Source: an uncultured Nitrososphaeraceae archaeon
Lineage (GTDB): Archaea > Thermoproteota > Nitrososphaeria > Nitrososphaerales > Nitrososphaeraceae
Direction: 5' to 3'
DNA length: 64,000 nucleotides
NCBI GenBank assembly: GCA_963837175.1
Contig: CAWIMJ010000025.1
Coordinates: forward strand, 64,713-128,712
Part shown: in pieces, positions 52,161 through 63,775 of the stretch
Position numbering within the stretch: position 1 is the stretch's first letter
How the letters are laid out: the number at the start of each line of letters is the position of its first letter
Made by a program: the position numbers and the translations under genes
Notes under the pieces: model-generated
What the model was told of the DNA's origin: nothing
Databases searched by the model: none
What the model saw: only the letters and a program-made list of their open reading frames with translations

Positions 52161-54012
52161 CTGCTTCACGACGCCCAGAAGTAGAAAGAGAAGTATTACA
52201 GGCACAAAGCGAACATAAAAAATAATACCATATTTTCATAGAGGTGTAAGCAAAAATGAAATAAAGTGGGATTTAGGCAGGCTTCAGGGAATTGAATTTG
52301 GGACGATATTTGAGCTGCGCAGATATCTTTATTCAAAGATTACAAAGATTCAAAAATAGTGTCTCAGGACCAAAAAAAGAAGAAGAAAGCAAATAAAATA
52401 AAGAAAATAATAAGAAAGGAATACAAAGTCCCTATTAATCAGTTATTTGAAGTTATAGTGGGGATATTAGCTGCTTAATTATCTGGTTAATCAAGTCCTA
52501 TCTGGTTTTGTAGTATACACTTCCGAAAGTTATCTATATTTTAAGATATATTACTCTAGAAAAAATACAATTATAATAAAAGTTACTACAACATCAATTT
52601 AGCATTTACCTCGAAAGGCTTGGAAAACATAAGATAAAGAAGAAAAGAATGTGATTCAGCATTGATCTAATTTCTCTACTATTTTCTATCCTATATTCAG
52701 TGATAATATCTCCTTTGATAGCAGTTTTTTTCTGTCTTTATCTTTTCTTCTTTCAGCTTATCTTATTCTCGACATTGTGATATAATATTATGCATGAAAA
52801 GGATTCATAATTAAGTTGCTCCATTATATTATAACGAGATTTTAGGCTCAAAAGTCAGGTTGTTATTATAGATATCTGTACAGCTATTATGTAGTATGGC
52901 GCTCTTAAATATTACATTACAAGTATAGCTTTCAAGTTAGACATTAAAATAATGCAAACATGAGCCTTTGGCAGGAATTTTGAAGCCCTTGGTTATCAAG
53001 ACTTGTCATTTAGTCATGTCTAACCATGGCATCGGCTCCAAATTCCCGCGAATTTTTGTTCTTCTTAAAAATATACTAAAATATATAACAAAAGATATAT
53101 TCTCTGACAGAAGAATTAAAGATCATTCGCCATCTGTTTTGCCTATATTACATTTTATCCAGTTACTAACTATATTTTCTAACTTGTTAGTACTCTCTCC
53201 TTTGCTTTGATCGAACTGTAAAAACCTACAAGAATAAGGAGTGAAAATAAGGAAAATTATCGATATGTAATTTAGGAATGAGCGATCAAAGATTCAGAAA
53301 AAACTGTAAAATACTCATTTCCTTACTATGTTTTAGTAGAAATTTCGCAAAGATTTCGAAGGGTATGCAATACTGGAATTACAAACTACTAATATTGGAT
53401 AATATTTGTGATTCCTATATTCTTATACATGTAGTGTAACCTTTAAATTTTTTAAAAACCTATGGCGCAACTTTCTGCATCGTCGCCGAACGCTCAAGAT
53501 ATTTCGCTATTTTAAGAAGGTCTTCAAATGGGGTATTAAGTCTTGTATTATGGATAATCTCTGAAGCTGCCTATCTTTTTTCTTGCTTTAATGGCCTATA
53601 TTTAACAAGATGTGAAGGTGGAGTTTTTGTCTCGAGTTTCTCTAAATTTCCTCTTTTTCTTTTACCATTCATATTCATAAAACATTTCTCGGTTTTTTGT
53701 TGTCCTATTTCATTAGGATCTTTTCCATAATGAATATGTCCATAACAAGATGGAGAAGGGATTATGAGCCTATCTTTTCTCTTTCGTCAGGATTATAAGC
53801 CAATTCATTTAGAACATAGAACATAATGAATCATCCTGATGCAGCTTATAGGAAATCATATTTTTGATATACCTTCAAAAATGGTATGCTAAAATAAATT
53901 ATTCTTCTTTATCTTCTTAATCAGCGACTTTTATTTCATATAACAAGCAAAAGGATAAAGACAATCTGAAAATTATTATTGCATGACAATGTTACATTTA
54001 TCCACTGATTCT

Positions 54013-54474
54013 TCACTTTACTACCATTACAGGACATGTTGCGTAAGTAACTACTCCCGATGCAACACTTCCAAGCAACATCTTTTTGAAGCCTGATCTT
54101 CCTCTTGTTCCTATTATTATTAAATCGACTCCGTGAGATTCTGCATACTCTACTATTGCGGCCTCAATAGACATTTGACTGTCAATAATTTCTGTTTTTA
54201 ATTGGACATCGTTTTGTTTTGCAATCTGGATAAGCTTCTGAAGCCATTGTTTAGCTTCAAGTATCTCTTCTCTTTCTTTTGGATGGCTTAATTCACCTTG
54301 AGGGGTAACCAAACCATACGAAGACAATGGAATACGTATGATAGTTAAAGCTATTAGTTCGGTGCCATCTTTTTTTGTCATCTCTATTGCATAATCTGCC
54401 GCATCCATTGATGCTTGGGAACCATCTATTGCAACCAGTATTTTTGAAAAGTTTCCTTTAATTTTAGAAGTCAA
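54013..54474 (-). CDS. Universal stress protein (UspA family)
   Basis: KILVAIDGS and DLIIIGTRGRSGFKKMLLGSVASGVV.YATCPVMVVK motifs. Confidence 0.93.
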   Translation of the reverse strand: MTSKIKGNFSKILVAIDGSQASMDAADYAIEMTKKDGTELIALTIIRIPLSSYGLVTPQGELSHPKEREEILEAKQWLQKLIQIAKQNDVQLKTEIIDSQMSIEAAIVEYAESHGVDLIIIGTRGRSGFKKMLLGSVASGVVTYATCPVMVVK

Positions 54475-55110
54475 TTTATTTATTATCAGTGTTTAATATA
54501 CACGGGCTATTTAATAAGTCTCAAATAAAATAATAATAGTGTTTATTAAATAAAGATATCTACTATAATAGAGCTAGCAATAATATTTATTTTAATAGAA
54601 TCAGATAGGAATGTAATCTCATGTTATTCTACATATGATTTAAATATCAATACAAAATAAGCATTATTATAGAGTTCCTATAGCGGTTCCAGCAACAGCA
54701 TTGCCATCAATAAGTAGTACATCATCAACAACATTTAATGATATCAGCACAGATAAAAGAGAAGTATTCAAAGGACCTATTACAGTTGCAGGTGTTGAAG
54801 GAGATTGTGGAGAAGCAAAAATAGCAGTAACGTACAAAGCGCAAACATTGGATCTGTGCGAAGATGACGAAAGACCATTTTGAAGAACCAAGAACAGATC
54901 CAATAAAGTCTCAAGGATCAGTATGAATTGTAAAAAGGGCAAACTGGAGTCCGAGAATCCTATAACATTTGTTAAGTTTCTGGAAAACCACAACGATGCA
55001 AGACAATAGAAAATTCCTATTCAGCAATGGAAAGTATCTCCAACTATCAAATATGAAAATTAGTGGCAGAATTATACCCCATCCTTTATCAATATCATTA
55101 TAAAAATAAA

Positions 55111-55158
<48 letters not shown>

Positions 55159-55768
55159 TGCTTACAGAAGACATCTCAAAAGAGCTCGCAAAACACATAT
55201 GCGTTTAGGTAGCATTTTCGAATCAGAATCCCGAGACCGCCAGCTTCAATTAATTGCCTACATGTTTTGTCTCAGAATCTTCTATTTCTTGGCTATAGAA
55301 GATGTCTTCATATTGTCGCAAAATATTGTGTTCATATGGTGTACTTTGAAATCAACAATTTTCTTTGCTTTTCAGTTCTCCTCATTGGTAACGTTTGCGT
55401 CCATCGGAGAAGTGTAAAGCTTACTCTATATTAATAACTTCGCTAAAATAAAGTGCGTGTAAAAATCCGTGTAATAATTTTAAATTCGTGTAAAGCGTTG
55501 TATTACTGGGCTACACTAAATAATACTTGAATATATAGCTTATTGTATCACCGCAGTTTTCTTGTACAAATCTAATAATCTCTGGACTACATATGACATA
55601 GAATCTCTATATTTAGCCATTTCTACTAGCTCCCTTGTGTATGCGGATCTATTCTATAAACTTGATAGATTTTTCTGGCATGTAGTACTTTGTAATACAT
55701 CATAATACATAGTTTACGTTATAATATACGGTAAAGTTTATGTCGTTATATATGGTAAACTTTAGATT

Positions 55769-56053
55769 GTAGAGTTATGTAAATTGGCAAAGAAAGAGGG
55801 ATGGATATGAGCAGGTAGTTAATGTTATAGATATTGCTGCTAATAAACTTCCACAGATGGAAGGTCTCTATAGACAAGTCAAAGATGAGTTAGATAATAT
55901 GTAACGCACGGGACAATATTTATCAAACGATATACAAGCTTTGAAGAATAAAATTTCAATATTAGATAAAACCGCATTCTCTAGTGAACAAGAGTGTAGG
56001 AGCAAAGAACAACAATCACAACCTCTTACTATTCAAAAGGATAGAAGATTCTG
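55769..56053 (+). pseudogene. Fragment of a coiled-coil hypothetical protein often seen in Nitrososphaeraceae mobile regions
   Basis: KLAKKEG..EQVVNVIDIAANKLPQMEGLYRQVKDELDNM*...LSNDIQALKNKISILDK with an internal stop and a frameshift. Confidence 0.45.
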
Positions 56054-56062
56054 ATCGAACTT

Positions 56063-57052
56063 TTGAGTATAAAACAAATAAGCCTTGGCCGGGATTTCGA
56101 CCCGGGACCTTTTCCTTACCAAGGCTGTATAGGCTTCTCCAACCAAGGTAATATAGCTGGCTCCAAATCCCAACCAAGGCTCCTATTTACTTCCAGCTCC
56201 ACTTTAAATAACGCATTACCTCGTAGAGCTTTGTCAGATCCTTCTTTCTGGAATAAATTTGAAAACTATGTTAAGAACAACCTTAGCCGCCATACAGCAA
56301 AATGTAGAATATCGTATGCTAAGACGTACATGCATGTTCTGATAGAAGGAGATGCTCAAGAGCTTTTGACATTATCTAATGACAAAAGAATACACGTTAT
56401 GAAAGCTTTGGCAGCGTTATCCAAATACTTAGGCTGTTACGACCTATGGAAGGATATCATTGAGCGGTATAGTCTAAAATGGTCAAATGAAGATGCAATT
56501 CAAGTATTTCAGAATATGACCGATGTTGACCATGATTTTAGTTCAATGATAAAATGGCTCAATGATTCATATTCAAAATTACCAGCTTCATATGGAAATA
56601 TCCTTTTATTTAATGCACTAACTGGTCTTAGACCGGAAGAGGCTATCCAAAGTATCAAGATATTGCATACTGAGCCAAATAATTATCTTAAAGACAACAC
56701 CATTTTAGAGCACTACAAATACCCATCTATTTTTATTAGGAGGACTAAGAAGGCTTACATAAGTGTAGTGAATAAGACAATTTTAAGTCTAGCAAAACAA
56801 GCCGGTGATCATAGCTACAATGCCCTTAGATTATTGATAAAGCTCAAGGGACTTGATATGAATATGGCTTTTTGCAGAAAGATATTTGCTACTCATCTTA
56901 GAAATAATACTATTGAACAAGAAAATATTGACTTACTGCAGGGAAGATTACCAAGATCTGTATTTGCAAGGCATTACTTCAGACCTGATTTTAATTACGA
57001 TAGAATAAAGGATTTGGTAAATTCGTTATATCATTCCCTAATTCTTCCTTAA
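56063..57052 (+). CDS. SSV1-type tyrosine integrase, C-terminal fragment int(C)
   Basis: TGLRPEEA, TKKAY, CRKIFAT, DLLQGR and ARHY catalytic motifs; the 5' end reads through an antisense tRNA half (SLGRDFDPGPFPYQG). Confidence 0.9.
   Translation: MSIKQISLGRDFDPGPFPYQGCIGFSNQGNIAGSKSQPRLLFTSSSTLNNALPRRALSDPSFWNKFENYVKNNLSRHTAKCRISYAKTYMHVLIEGDAQELLTLSNDKRIHVMKALAALSKYLGCYDLWKDIIERYSLKWSNEDAIQVFQNMTDVDHDFSSMIKWLNDSYSKLPASYGNILLFNALTGLRPEEAIQSIKILHTEPNNYLKDNTILEHYKYPSIFIRRTKKAYISVVNKTILSLAKQAGDHSYNALRLLIKLKGLDMNMAFCRKIFATHLRNNTIEQENIDLLQGRLPRSVFARHYFRPDFNYDRIKDLVNSLYHSLILP
56081..56124 (-). repeat. att site: 44-bp copy of the 3' half of tRNA-Thr(GGT)
   Basis: Reverse complement CCTTGGTAAGGAAAAGGTCCCGGGTCGAAATCCCGGCCAAGGCT contains the anticodon loop GGT, T arm and acceptor 3' strand; no 5' half present. 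Confidence 0.88.
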
Positions 57053-57272
57053 TATCTGCAGAATGACAAATGTGTGATTTGAACCCGCATTGTAGTTTAA
57101 ATCTTTTGGCAACTTATACCAACGATGTAATCCTGGATGCTCTATCGACTACTCTTCGGATCGTCTATAGACGGATAGCTTAATGTTTTCTTATTTCTAT
57201 AAAAATACACGGAGTATTAATAAGATATATTTATGTTCGACTTAATCCCAATATAGCGCGGACTACCACTCT

Positions 57273-59963
57273 TTGAAACTCCAAAGAAAATGTTGCTATT
57301 TAACGATATTTGGAATTGCGTCATTTCTATGTTTATCCATAATAATGATGCCACATTACATATATGCACAAGAAGTATCTTCAGATTTGTCAATATCTGC
57401 TATTGGCGAGATCAAGGTAGGTAAGACTCCCACTAATATAGTTGTTAATACTAATACAGATACGGCGTATGTCTGGAGCTATCTTATAAAAAATACTTCT
57501 ATCTCTGTAATAAACGGTACAGAAAATAAAGTTGTAGATATTATACCAGTTAGGGAATTAGTTGATTTAGTTTTCAATCCAAAGACAAACAAAGGATACG
57601 CAGCCAGTGAAATTAATAATACAGTAATAGTAATAAATGGTAGCAACAATAACATTATCAAAAAACATCTTAATTTATCTGGAAGTAAAATAAGTTCCCT
57701 ATCTGTTAATCCAAGTGCGAATGAGGTTTATATCCTTAATTCTACTTATGGAAAAGGATCAATCGATACCATATCTGTAATAGATAGTGCAAGTGATGAG
57801 GTAGTAGATCTTATTCGAATAGACAAGGGTTATGATATAATGGCGGTTAATCCAACACTCAACAAGATTTATCTTACCAATCAAGATGATAAAACAATAT
57901 CCGTAGTGGATAGAAAAACAAAGAAGATGTCGATTATTCCAACATCAGGCAGTTTATTAGCCATGTTAGAAGTAAATCCAGCTAATAACAAGGTATATGC
58001 ATCCTTTCACGAAGCCAACAGAATCTTAGTAATTGACAGCAATTGGGATACTTTCGTCACCACTTTTATAGCAGATAATAAGACTCCAAATTTTAGTTCA
58101 GCTGGCGTTTTAGCCATGGGAGTAGATCCTAAATCAGATATTTTGTATACGGCAAATTCTGATACAGATAGTGTTTCTGTAATAAATGGATCGACGGGCT
58201 TGGTTTCAGAGATTCCTGTTGGAAAAGATCCCAAGGATATAGCTGTCAACCCAATAACTGGCAAAGTCTATACGGCTAATACTGACTCCGATAGTGTCAC
58301 AGTTATTAATGCATCTATTTCTAGAATGAAATCTCAATCCAGCAATACCTCTGTAGTTGATATCCCAGGAATAAAAGTAGGTGCTGCACCACGTGATATC
58401 GTTATCAACCCAGTTACAAAAATGATTTATGTGGCTAATCTTGCATCTCATACCGTGTCTGTCATAGATGGATCGAATAATAAAGTAACAAGAGATATAC
58501 CCATTATAAAAGACACACTAACAGGTACACCATTATTGGATATATCTGTTAACCCAGTTACAAATACGTTATATGCTTCAGGAGAACAAAATGTTAGCAT
58601 AATTAACACCTCAAATTACACTAAAGTAGATAACATTATAAGCACAACAACGGACATCGACGTTTCTTCTGGAACAAATAGAATTTATTTAGGCGAAGAA
58701 GATCTTATTCGTGTAATAGACGGAACATCAAACAAGCCATTGGCTGACATACGGCCAGATGATTTTATAGCAGAGGGCCAAGGTTATTTTAGGGAAATAG
58801 GGGCGGTTGCATTTGATAAAGATTTAGAAAGAGACAGAATATATGTTTCTACTATCCGCTATCTAGAGAATAAAGAACAAGAGACGCTTTATATAATAGA
58901 CTTCGATCCTGAAGATAAGAATAATAATAATATTACTCTTGAGACGGCGGGTAGAATACCATTAGAAGAAGAACCTTCCGCACTAGCTGTTAACTACAAT
59001 ACTCAAATGGCCTATGCGGCGAATCAATTTTCAGATAGTGTTAGTGTAATAGACTTGTATTTTCAGAAAGTAATAGCAAATGTTCCAGTAGGAAATGGTC
59101 CAGTAGATATAACAATTGATCCGGATACTAATCTAGTATATGTTGTTAATCAAGATAGTGATAATATTACTGTAATAGATGGCTTTCATAATAAAGCTGT
59201 AACAACTATACCTGTGGGGAAATCGCCTTACAATATAGCAGTTAATTCCGATACTAATATGATCTATGTGTCTAATACTGACTCTAATACTGTCTCTGTA
59301 ATAGACAGTTCGATAAATAAGGTCTTATTACCAGGAAACGTATCATTTAATATCATTCCATCTAACTCAGGTCAGATAAAATGTAACCATAAAGAATATC
59401 CAACAAAACAGTTATTTAGAATAGCATTTGCTTCACAATGTGTAGCTGAAGCCAATAGAGGGTTTCAATTTAGCAGCTGGACTGAAGATTTAGGTAACAA
59501 TTCAACTAAAACAATATCTGGGTCTATGGTTTCTGATGCTCCTTTTGATGTCCTTTTGAGGACCTTTGAATTTAATCTTTTTGACAAAGGATCATTGTTA
59601 AACATGACTAAAAGTGGTTATTTTACGGCTAATTTCAAAGAAGTGCCACCACCCATACCACAACAATATATGATTGGACTATATACTCTAGCAGTAACAG
59701 TTTTTACGGGATGGCTTGTGCCGAATATAGCACGTTGGGTAAACTCAATATTACAAAGAAGACATATGATGCAATTTCTTACAGATATAGAGACATTAAA
59801 TAAAGATAAAAATGGCAATAACTATTTACAAAAATCAGAAGGACTCAAAAATAGAATTACACATGCATATGCAAAAGGAAAGATAAATGAGCAACATTAT
59901 AATTTACTAAACAAGAAGATTTCAGATTATGAGAATAGTAGCCCTCATACAAATAAAACCTAA
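57273..59963 (+). CDS. YncE/YVTN-type beta-propeller repeat surface protein with a C-terminal TM anchor
   Basis: Signal peptide; many I.VG..P..I.VNP.T..VY.AN..S..VSVIDG repeats; TM near aa 800; cytoplasmic tail ending YAKGKINEQHY. Confidence 0.9.
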   Translation: MKLQRKCCYLTIFGIASFLCLSIIMMPHYIYAQEVSSDLSISAIGEIKVGKTPTNIVVNTNTDTAYVWSYLIKNTSISVINGTENKVVDIIPVRELVDLVFNPKTNKGYAASEINNTVIVINGSNNNIIKKHLNLSGSKISSLSVNPSANEVYILNSTYGKGSIDTISVIDSASDEVVDLIRIDKGYDIMAVNPTLNKIYLTNQDDKTISVVDRKTKKMSIIPTSGSLLAMLEVNPANNKVYASFHEANRILVIDSNWDTFVTTFIADNKTPNFSSAGVLAMGVDPKSDILYTANSDTDSVSVINGSTGLVSEIPVGKDPKDIAVNPITGKVYTANTDSDSVTVINASISRMKSQSSNTSVVDIPGIKVGAAPRDIVINPVTKMIYVANLASHTVSVIDGSNNKVTRDIPIIKDTLTGTPLLDISVNPVTNTLYASGEQNVSIINTSNYTKVDNIISTTTDIDVSSGTNRIYLGEEDLIRVIDGTSNKPLADIRPDDFIAEGQGYFREIGAVAFDKDLERDRIYVSTIRYLENKEQETLYIIDFDPEDKNNNNITLETAGRIPLEEEPSALAVNYNTQMAYAANQFSDSVSVIDLYFQKVIANVPVGNGPVDITIDPDTNLVYVVNQDSDNITVIDGFHNKAVTTIPVGKSPYNIAVNSDTNMIYVSNTDSNTVSVIDSSINKVLLPGNVSFNIIPSNSGQIKCNHKEYPTKQLFRIAFASQCVAEANRGFQFSSWTEDLGNNSTKTISGSMVSDAPFDVLLRTFEFNLFDKGSLLNMTKSGYFTANFKEVPPPIPQQYMIGLYTLAVTVFTGWLVPNIARWVNSILQRRHMMQFLTDIETLNKDKNGNNYLQKSEGLKNRITHAYAKGKINEQHYNLLNKKISDYENSSPHTNKT

Positions 59964-60471
59964 TTTGGCATTCGTAGAACAATGTAACAAATTTTATTTT
60001 GTAAAAAACAAAAAATAGCAATATCTGCCAGAAAAAATATATCCCTAATTTCTAAAACTATTACCTGACGTCGACCATCTAACACAATCTACCATCTCTT
60101 AAAGACACACGCTTAGAGAGACTTTTTCCTGGATTATTCAAAGGAATGCCAAGAAAGGCTGCAACATAGAAGACAAACAAAGATATGCAGCTTAGAACAA
60201 CAGCTCAAGGAAGTCGGATTCAGATTATTGAATATTTCGGTAAAAAATATCTGCAAATAATACTATAATGGTCGAATATACTATCGAGACAAATGCAGAA
60301 ATCCAAGAATATAGCTGTACATTAATTGTTCATACACCTATAGATAATATTCTATAATTACTTTTGATGATTGAGACAGTATATATCAATGCATTAATGG
60401 CAAAGAAGAATGATGCTTTCTCTAGAACGAACTCAATACATGACATTCTTTACTAAAAGTAATTAATTGCC

Positions 60472-60690
60472 TACTTTGCAAATCTTTCCATGAGTAAAAC
60501 AAGATTATCTTTTACTTGTAAAAATTCTTTCTTAATTTCTTGGAGTTCCTTAGGATTAAATAATTTCTTAAGCCTACTTGTACTTTCATCATTTAATACC
60601 CGTTCGACATTAAAATCCCTGCTTAATATTGATTCAAATAACGCCTCTAGAAATCCTTCTTTAATTCTCTCTTTTGATATGCTCGCCTTC
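60472..60690 (-). pseudogene. Start-less helical ORF fragment
   Basis: About 72 open codons (KERIKEGFLEALFESIL...LVLLMERFAK*) bounded upstream by TAG with no start. Confidence 0.3.
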
Positions 60691-60787
60691 TAATATTGAT
60701 CTATTTTTATCTTGGAACGAAACAGCTGAGTGCACATAATAATTTCTCACTATCTTAAAAAATCTCTTTTGTTGTAACGGATCAGAA

Positions 60788-63392
60788 ATGGCAATAATGG
60801 AGATAATGCCAAGAGCGAGCATTATAATATTTCAAGTTACTGAGAACATGAAAAACATTGGGATTAAAGATTTCATTCTCAATAGATTTGACTTTGAAAT
60901 TACTCTTATAAGCGGCAGAAAATGTTGTGTGTTATTTTCGTCAAAGAAGACATCGATATCAGAACATGCCAAAAGTATAGAAAAAAAATTATGGCATGAT
61001 ACTAACGTTAAAACAGGAGAAAACGCCTTTGGATCTGCAATAGCAGATATCGAAGATCAGTTGATCCGTAAAAGAGATGAGCTGTTCAAGATCTCAACTG
61101 AAGGTCATACGGCCGGAGATGTAAATACAGAGGATCCTTCAAAATCTAAGTTCAAAGAAGATGTTACTAACCTAAGGAACCAATTCAAACAATCAGGTAC
61201 AATCTTCCAGGACTGGCAATCAATAATCGCAGAAAAATATGAAAATTTACGAAAGATAACTGTCAAACATTATCCCGAAGCATTACCGTTTTTAGAATCC
61301 TGCTTAGCAGTAAAATCGATTCTAAACATTGAGCACATCACGCTGCCATTTATCGGTGTAATACTGGCTGCGCCAGCATCAATGAAGACAATGGTTATTC
61401 AGCTTTTTAGAAAGTATCCTACTTCTTTTTATAGTGATAATTTTACAGCCAATTCACTTGTTTCCCATAATTCAGCATTTACAGAAGAGGAGTTGCAGAA
61501 GGTCGATATGCTTCCTAAAATGAGAGATAAATTAGTTTTAACTCCAGAGCTAGCTCCAATATTTACATCCAAAGAAGATGATTTGCATAAGATACTTGGC
61601 ATAATTACGAGAATTCTTGACGGAGATGGATTTGAAAGTGATTCTGGTGCACAAGGTCATCGTCATTATGGAGATACAATGTTTGTATGGATTGGAGGAG
61701 CAGTGGAGATACCATTTAGAGTTTGGAAGGTGCTTGGCAGTTTAGGACATAAGATCTATTTTCTAAGACCTCAATTGTCTGAAAAGACTATAGAACAACT
61801 CAAACAAATAGCAAAGACTAATGATTTTGGAGCTAAATTCAGAGAGATTGAAGAAGCTCTACTTGATTATCTTAAGTATTTTGACGCTGCACCTGAAACT
61901 CTGCGGGATACACTGACAGATAAAAATGGAATTGTAAAGATTAGATGGAACCATGAACTTGAAGGCGAACAAGACAAAGCAACCGGATATATCGCAGAAG
62001 TTGCCAAACTACTTGCACATTTACGTGGAAGTGTATACATTTCAGCAGCAAAACCAGCAAAAATAGGTCGTAGATATGATAGCACTAGTGATAATAACAC
62101 TCAAGAGCAACAAGATAGTAGCAATTTAGTTCAGATTGAAGGTCAGGACTACAATACAGACCTACCTATAATAGAAGGTCCATCAAGAGCAGTAATTTTA
62201 GAGAAACTTAGCAATTGGACATGCAATTTCACAGGGAAGAAATTCTATAGGTTTGCAAGACATTCCTATGGTTATTAAGGTCGCCTTATCAACAGCGATG
62301 GTTTCTAGAGTGAAAGTTTTTCATTTATTACTGAAGAATAGAGGGGAGCTGAAGACTACTGATATTACAAAAGGACTCAGGGTTTCAGAGCCTACTGCCA
62401 GACGTACGATGAGAGAGTTTTACGCCTTAGGAATCGTAGATATCTCTGCAATTTCAGAGTATAGTAATGCTGAACTGAAAATATCCTTAAAATGTGAGTA
62501 TGATTGGTTCAAGAGCCAAGGATTTGAAAAGCTCAGAGACGGATTTGTTCCAGCTAATAATGATGGAGCAAATAACAATGATAGTAACGTTATAGATTCA
62601 TCTAATGGCAAGGTGAACGATGACAATAATAATAGTGCCGCATCAGGTCAAATAACAGTTTTATCTTATGAAACAGATGATAAACAACAGCAATGAGATA
62701 ATAATCAGAATTCAGGAGCATTTGACAGTCACAGGCTGAAAGTGAAATCACCTCCAGAGACAGAGCAAGAAAATAATGATAATTCAACAAAATGTGACCG
62801 ACCATTACTAGAAGAAGACAAGAACAACAGTAATGACGAAAGCTCCTCTCTAAATATTAATTCTACTTCAGTTAATTCAAAAGGAGAAGAATCCGATAAT
62901 AAAATAAATGATGATTATAGCTCAGATTCAATTGTTAGTAGTAGTAATTCTGAAGGAGGTTCTAATGATTATAATAATTGTGAACAGTTATGTAACAACA
63001 AATCAATAGAAGATAATTCTCATAGCGTAGAAGAAAATAGTGCCTCTCTCTGGGGGGCAAATCATTTTCAGCCTTTGACTCAGTTACACGATCACATACA
63101 ATCATCACCCGACGAAGGATTGAACGATGCTACAAAAGGAGAAGAAGAAAGTAAGGTACTTGAAGAAATTGTTGCTACGATAAAGGAAGTTAACGGTTTC
63201 CAGATTGCACTTAATAGTGCTATACAATCTGCATATAATAGAAATGAACAGGTAAGAACCTACTTAGGAGACAAGCTAACACAACGTGAGAATAAGAGCG
63301 TAAAAAAACTGTGCTTGAACATAATTAGACATCCGAATATAGAGGTAGTCAAACACAAGCCGCAATTAGTTGTAAGATGGTCTTCGCTGTAG
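60788..63392 (+). pseudogene. MCM-like AAA+ ATPase + wHTH + low-complexity linker + C-terminal domain; one gene broken by a frameshift (about 62200) and an in-frame TGA (62694-62696)
   Basis: Walker A variant AAPASMKT and Walker B variant LVLTPE. PSRAVIL continues as RNLAIGHAISQGR in the 62253 frame; HTH VSEPTARRTMRE; ORFs 62253 and 62742 share a frame. Confidence 0.65.
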
Positions 63393-63454
63393 ACAGAGCA
63401 ACACAGTCATGACCAACCTATCACAAGTCACGAAAGTGAAAGAGCAATAATTCA

Positions 63455-63760
63455 ATGACTGCTACTGCAAAAGCCATTTCTCAAGAATATATCTCACATA
63501 GAAATGAGCTATTAAATGATATTTATGCAGCTATAGATATAGAATATAGAGTAAATGAGAATGAAAGTAATAACCTAAAACCATACACTATTTTTGCAGT
63601 AGCAATAGTCGATAGTCTTGGTATTGTGAAGGTAAAACATGAATCAGATTTTGCTAATTGTAAATATCCAGAAAAAGAGCTTGTACAATGGGCAATGTCT
63701 GAAATATTAAAATATAAACTTACAATCGGCTGGTATAGCAAAGGAGTTAGACTGGCATAA
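63455..63760 (+). pseudogene. Truncated N-terminal exonuclease-like part of a family B DNA polymerase
   Basis: AAIDIEY (ExoI DxE), IFAVAIVDS and EKELVQW...ILKY.LTIGWYS; ends before any polymerase motif. Confidence 0.5.
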
Positions 63761-63775
63761 AGATAAGACCTATCT

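Noticed and set aside
57076-57088. GATTTGAACCCGC, resembling an antisense tRNA T-arm
   Set aside because: Too short and the stem does not pair; cannot be called an att site.
57162-57173. Perfect 12-bp palindrome CGTCTATAGACG downstream of int(C)
   Set aside because: Many 12-bp palindromes are expected by chance in 64 kb, and there is no second copy.
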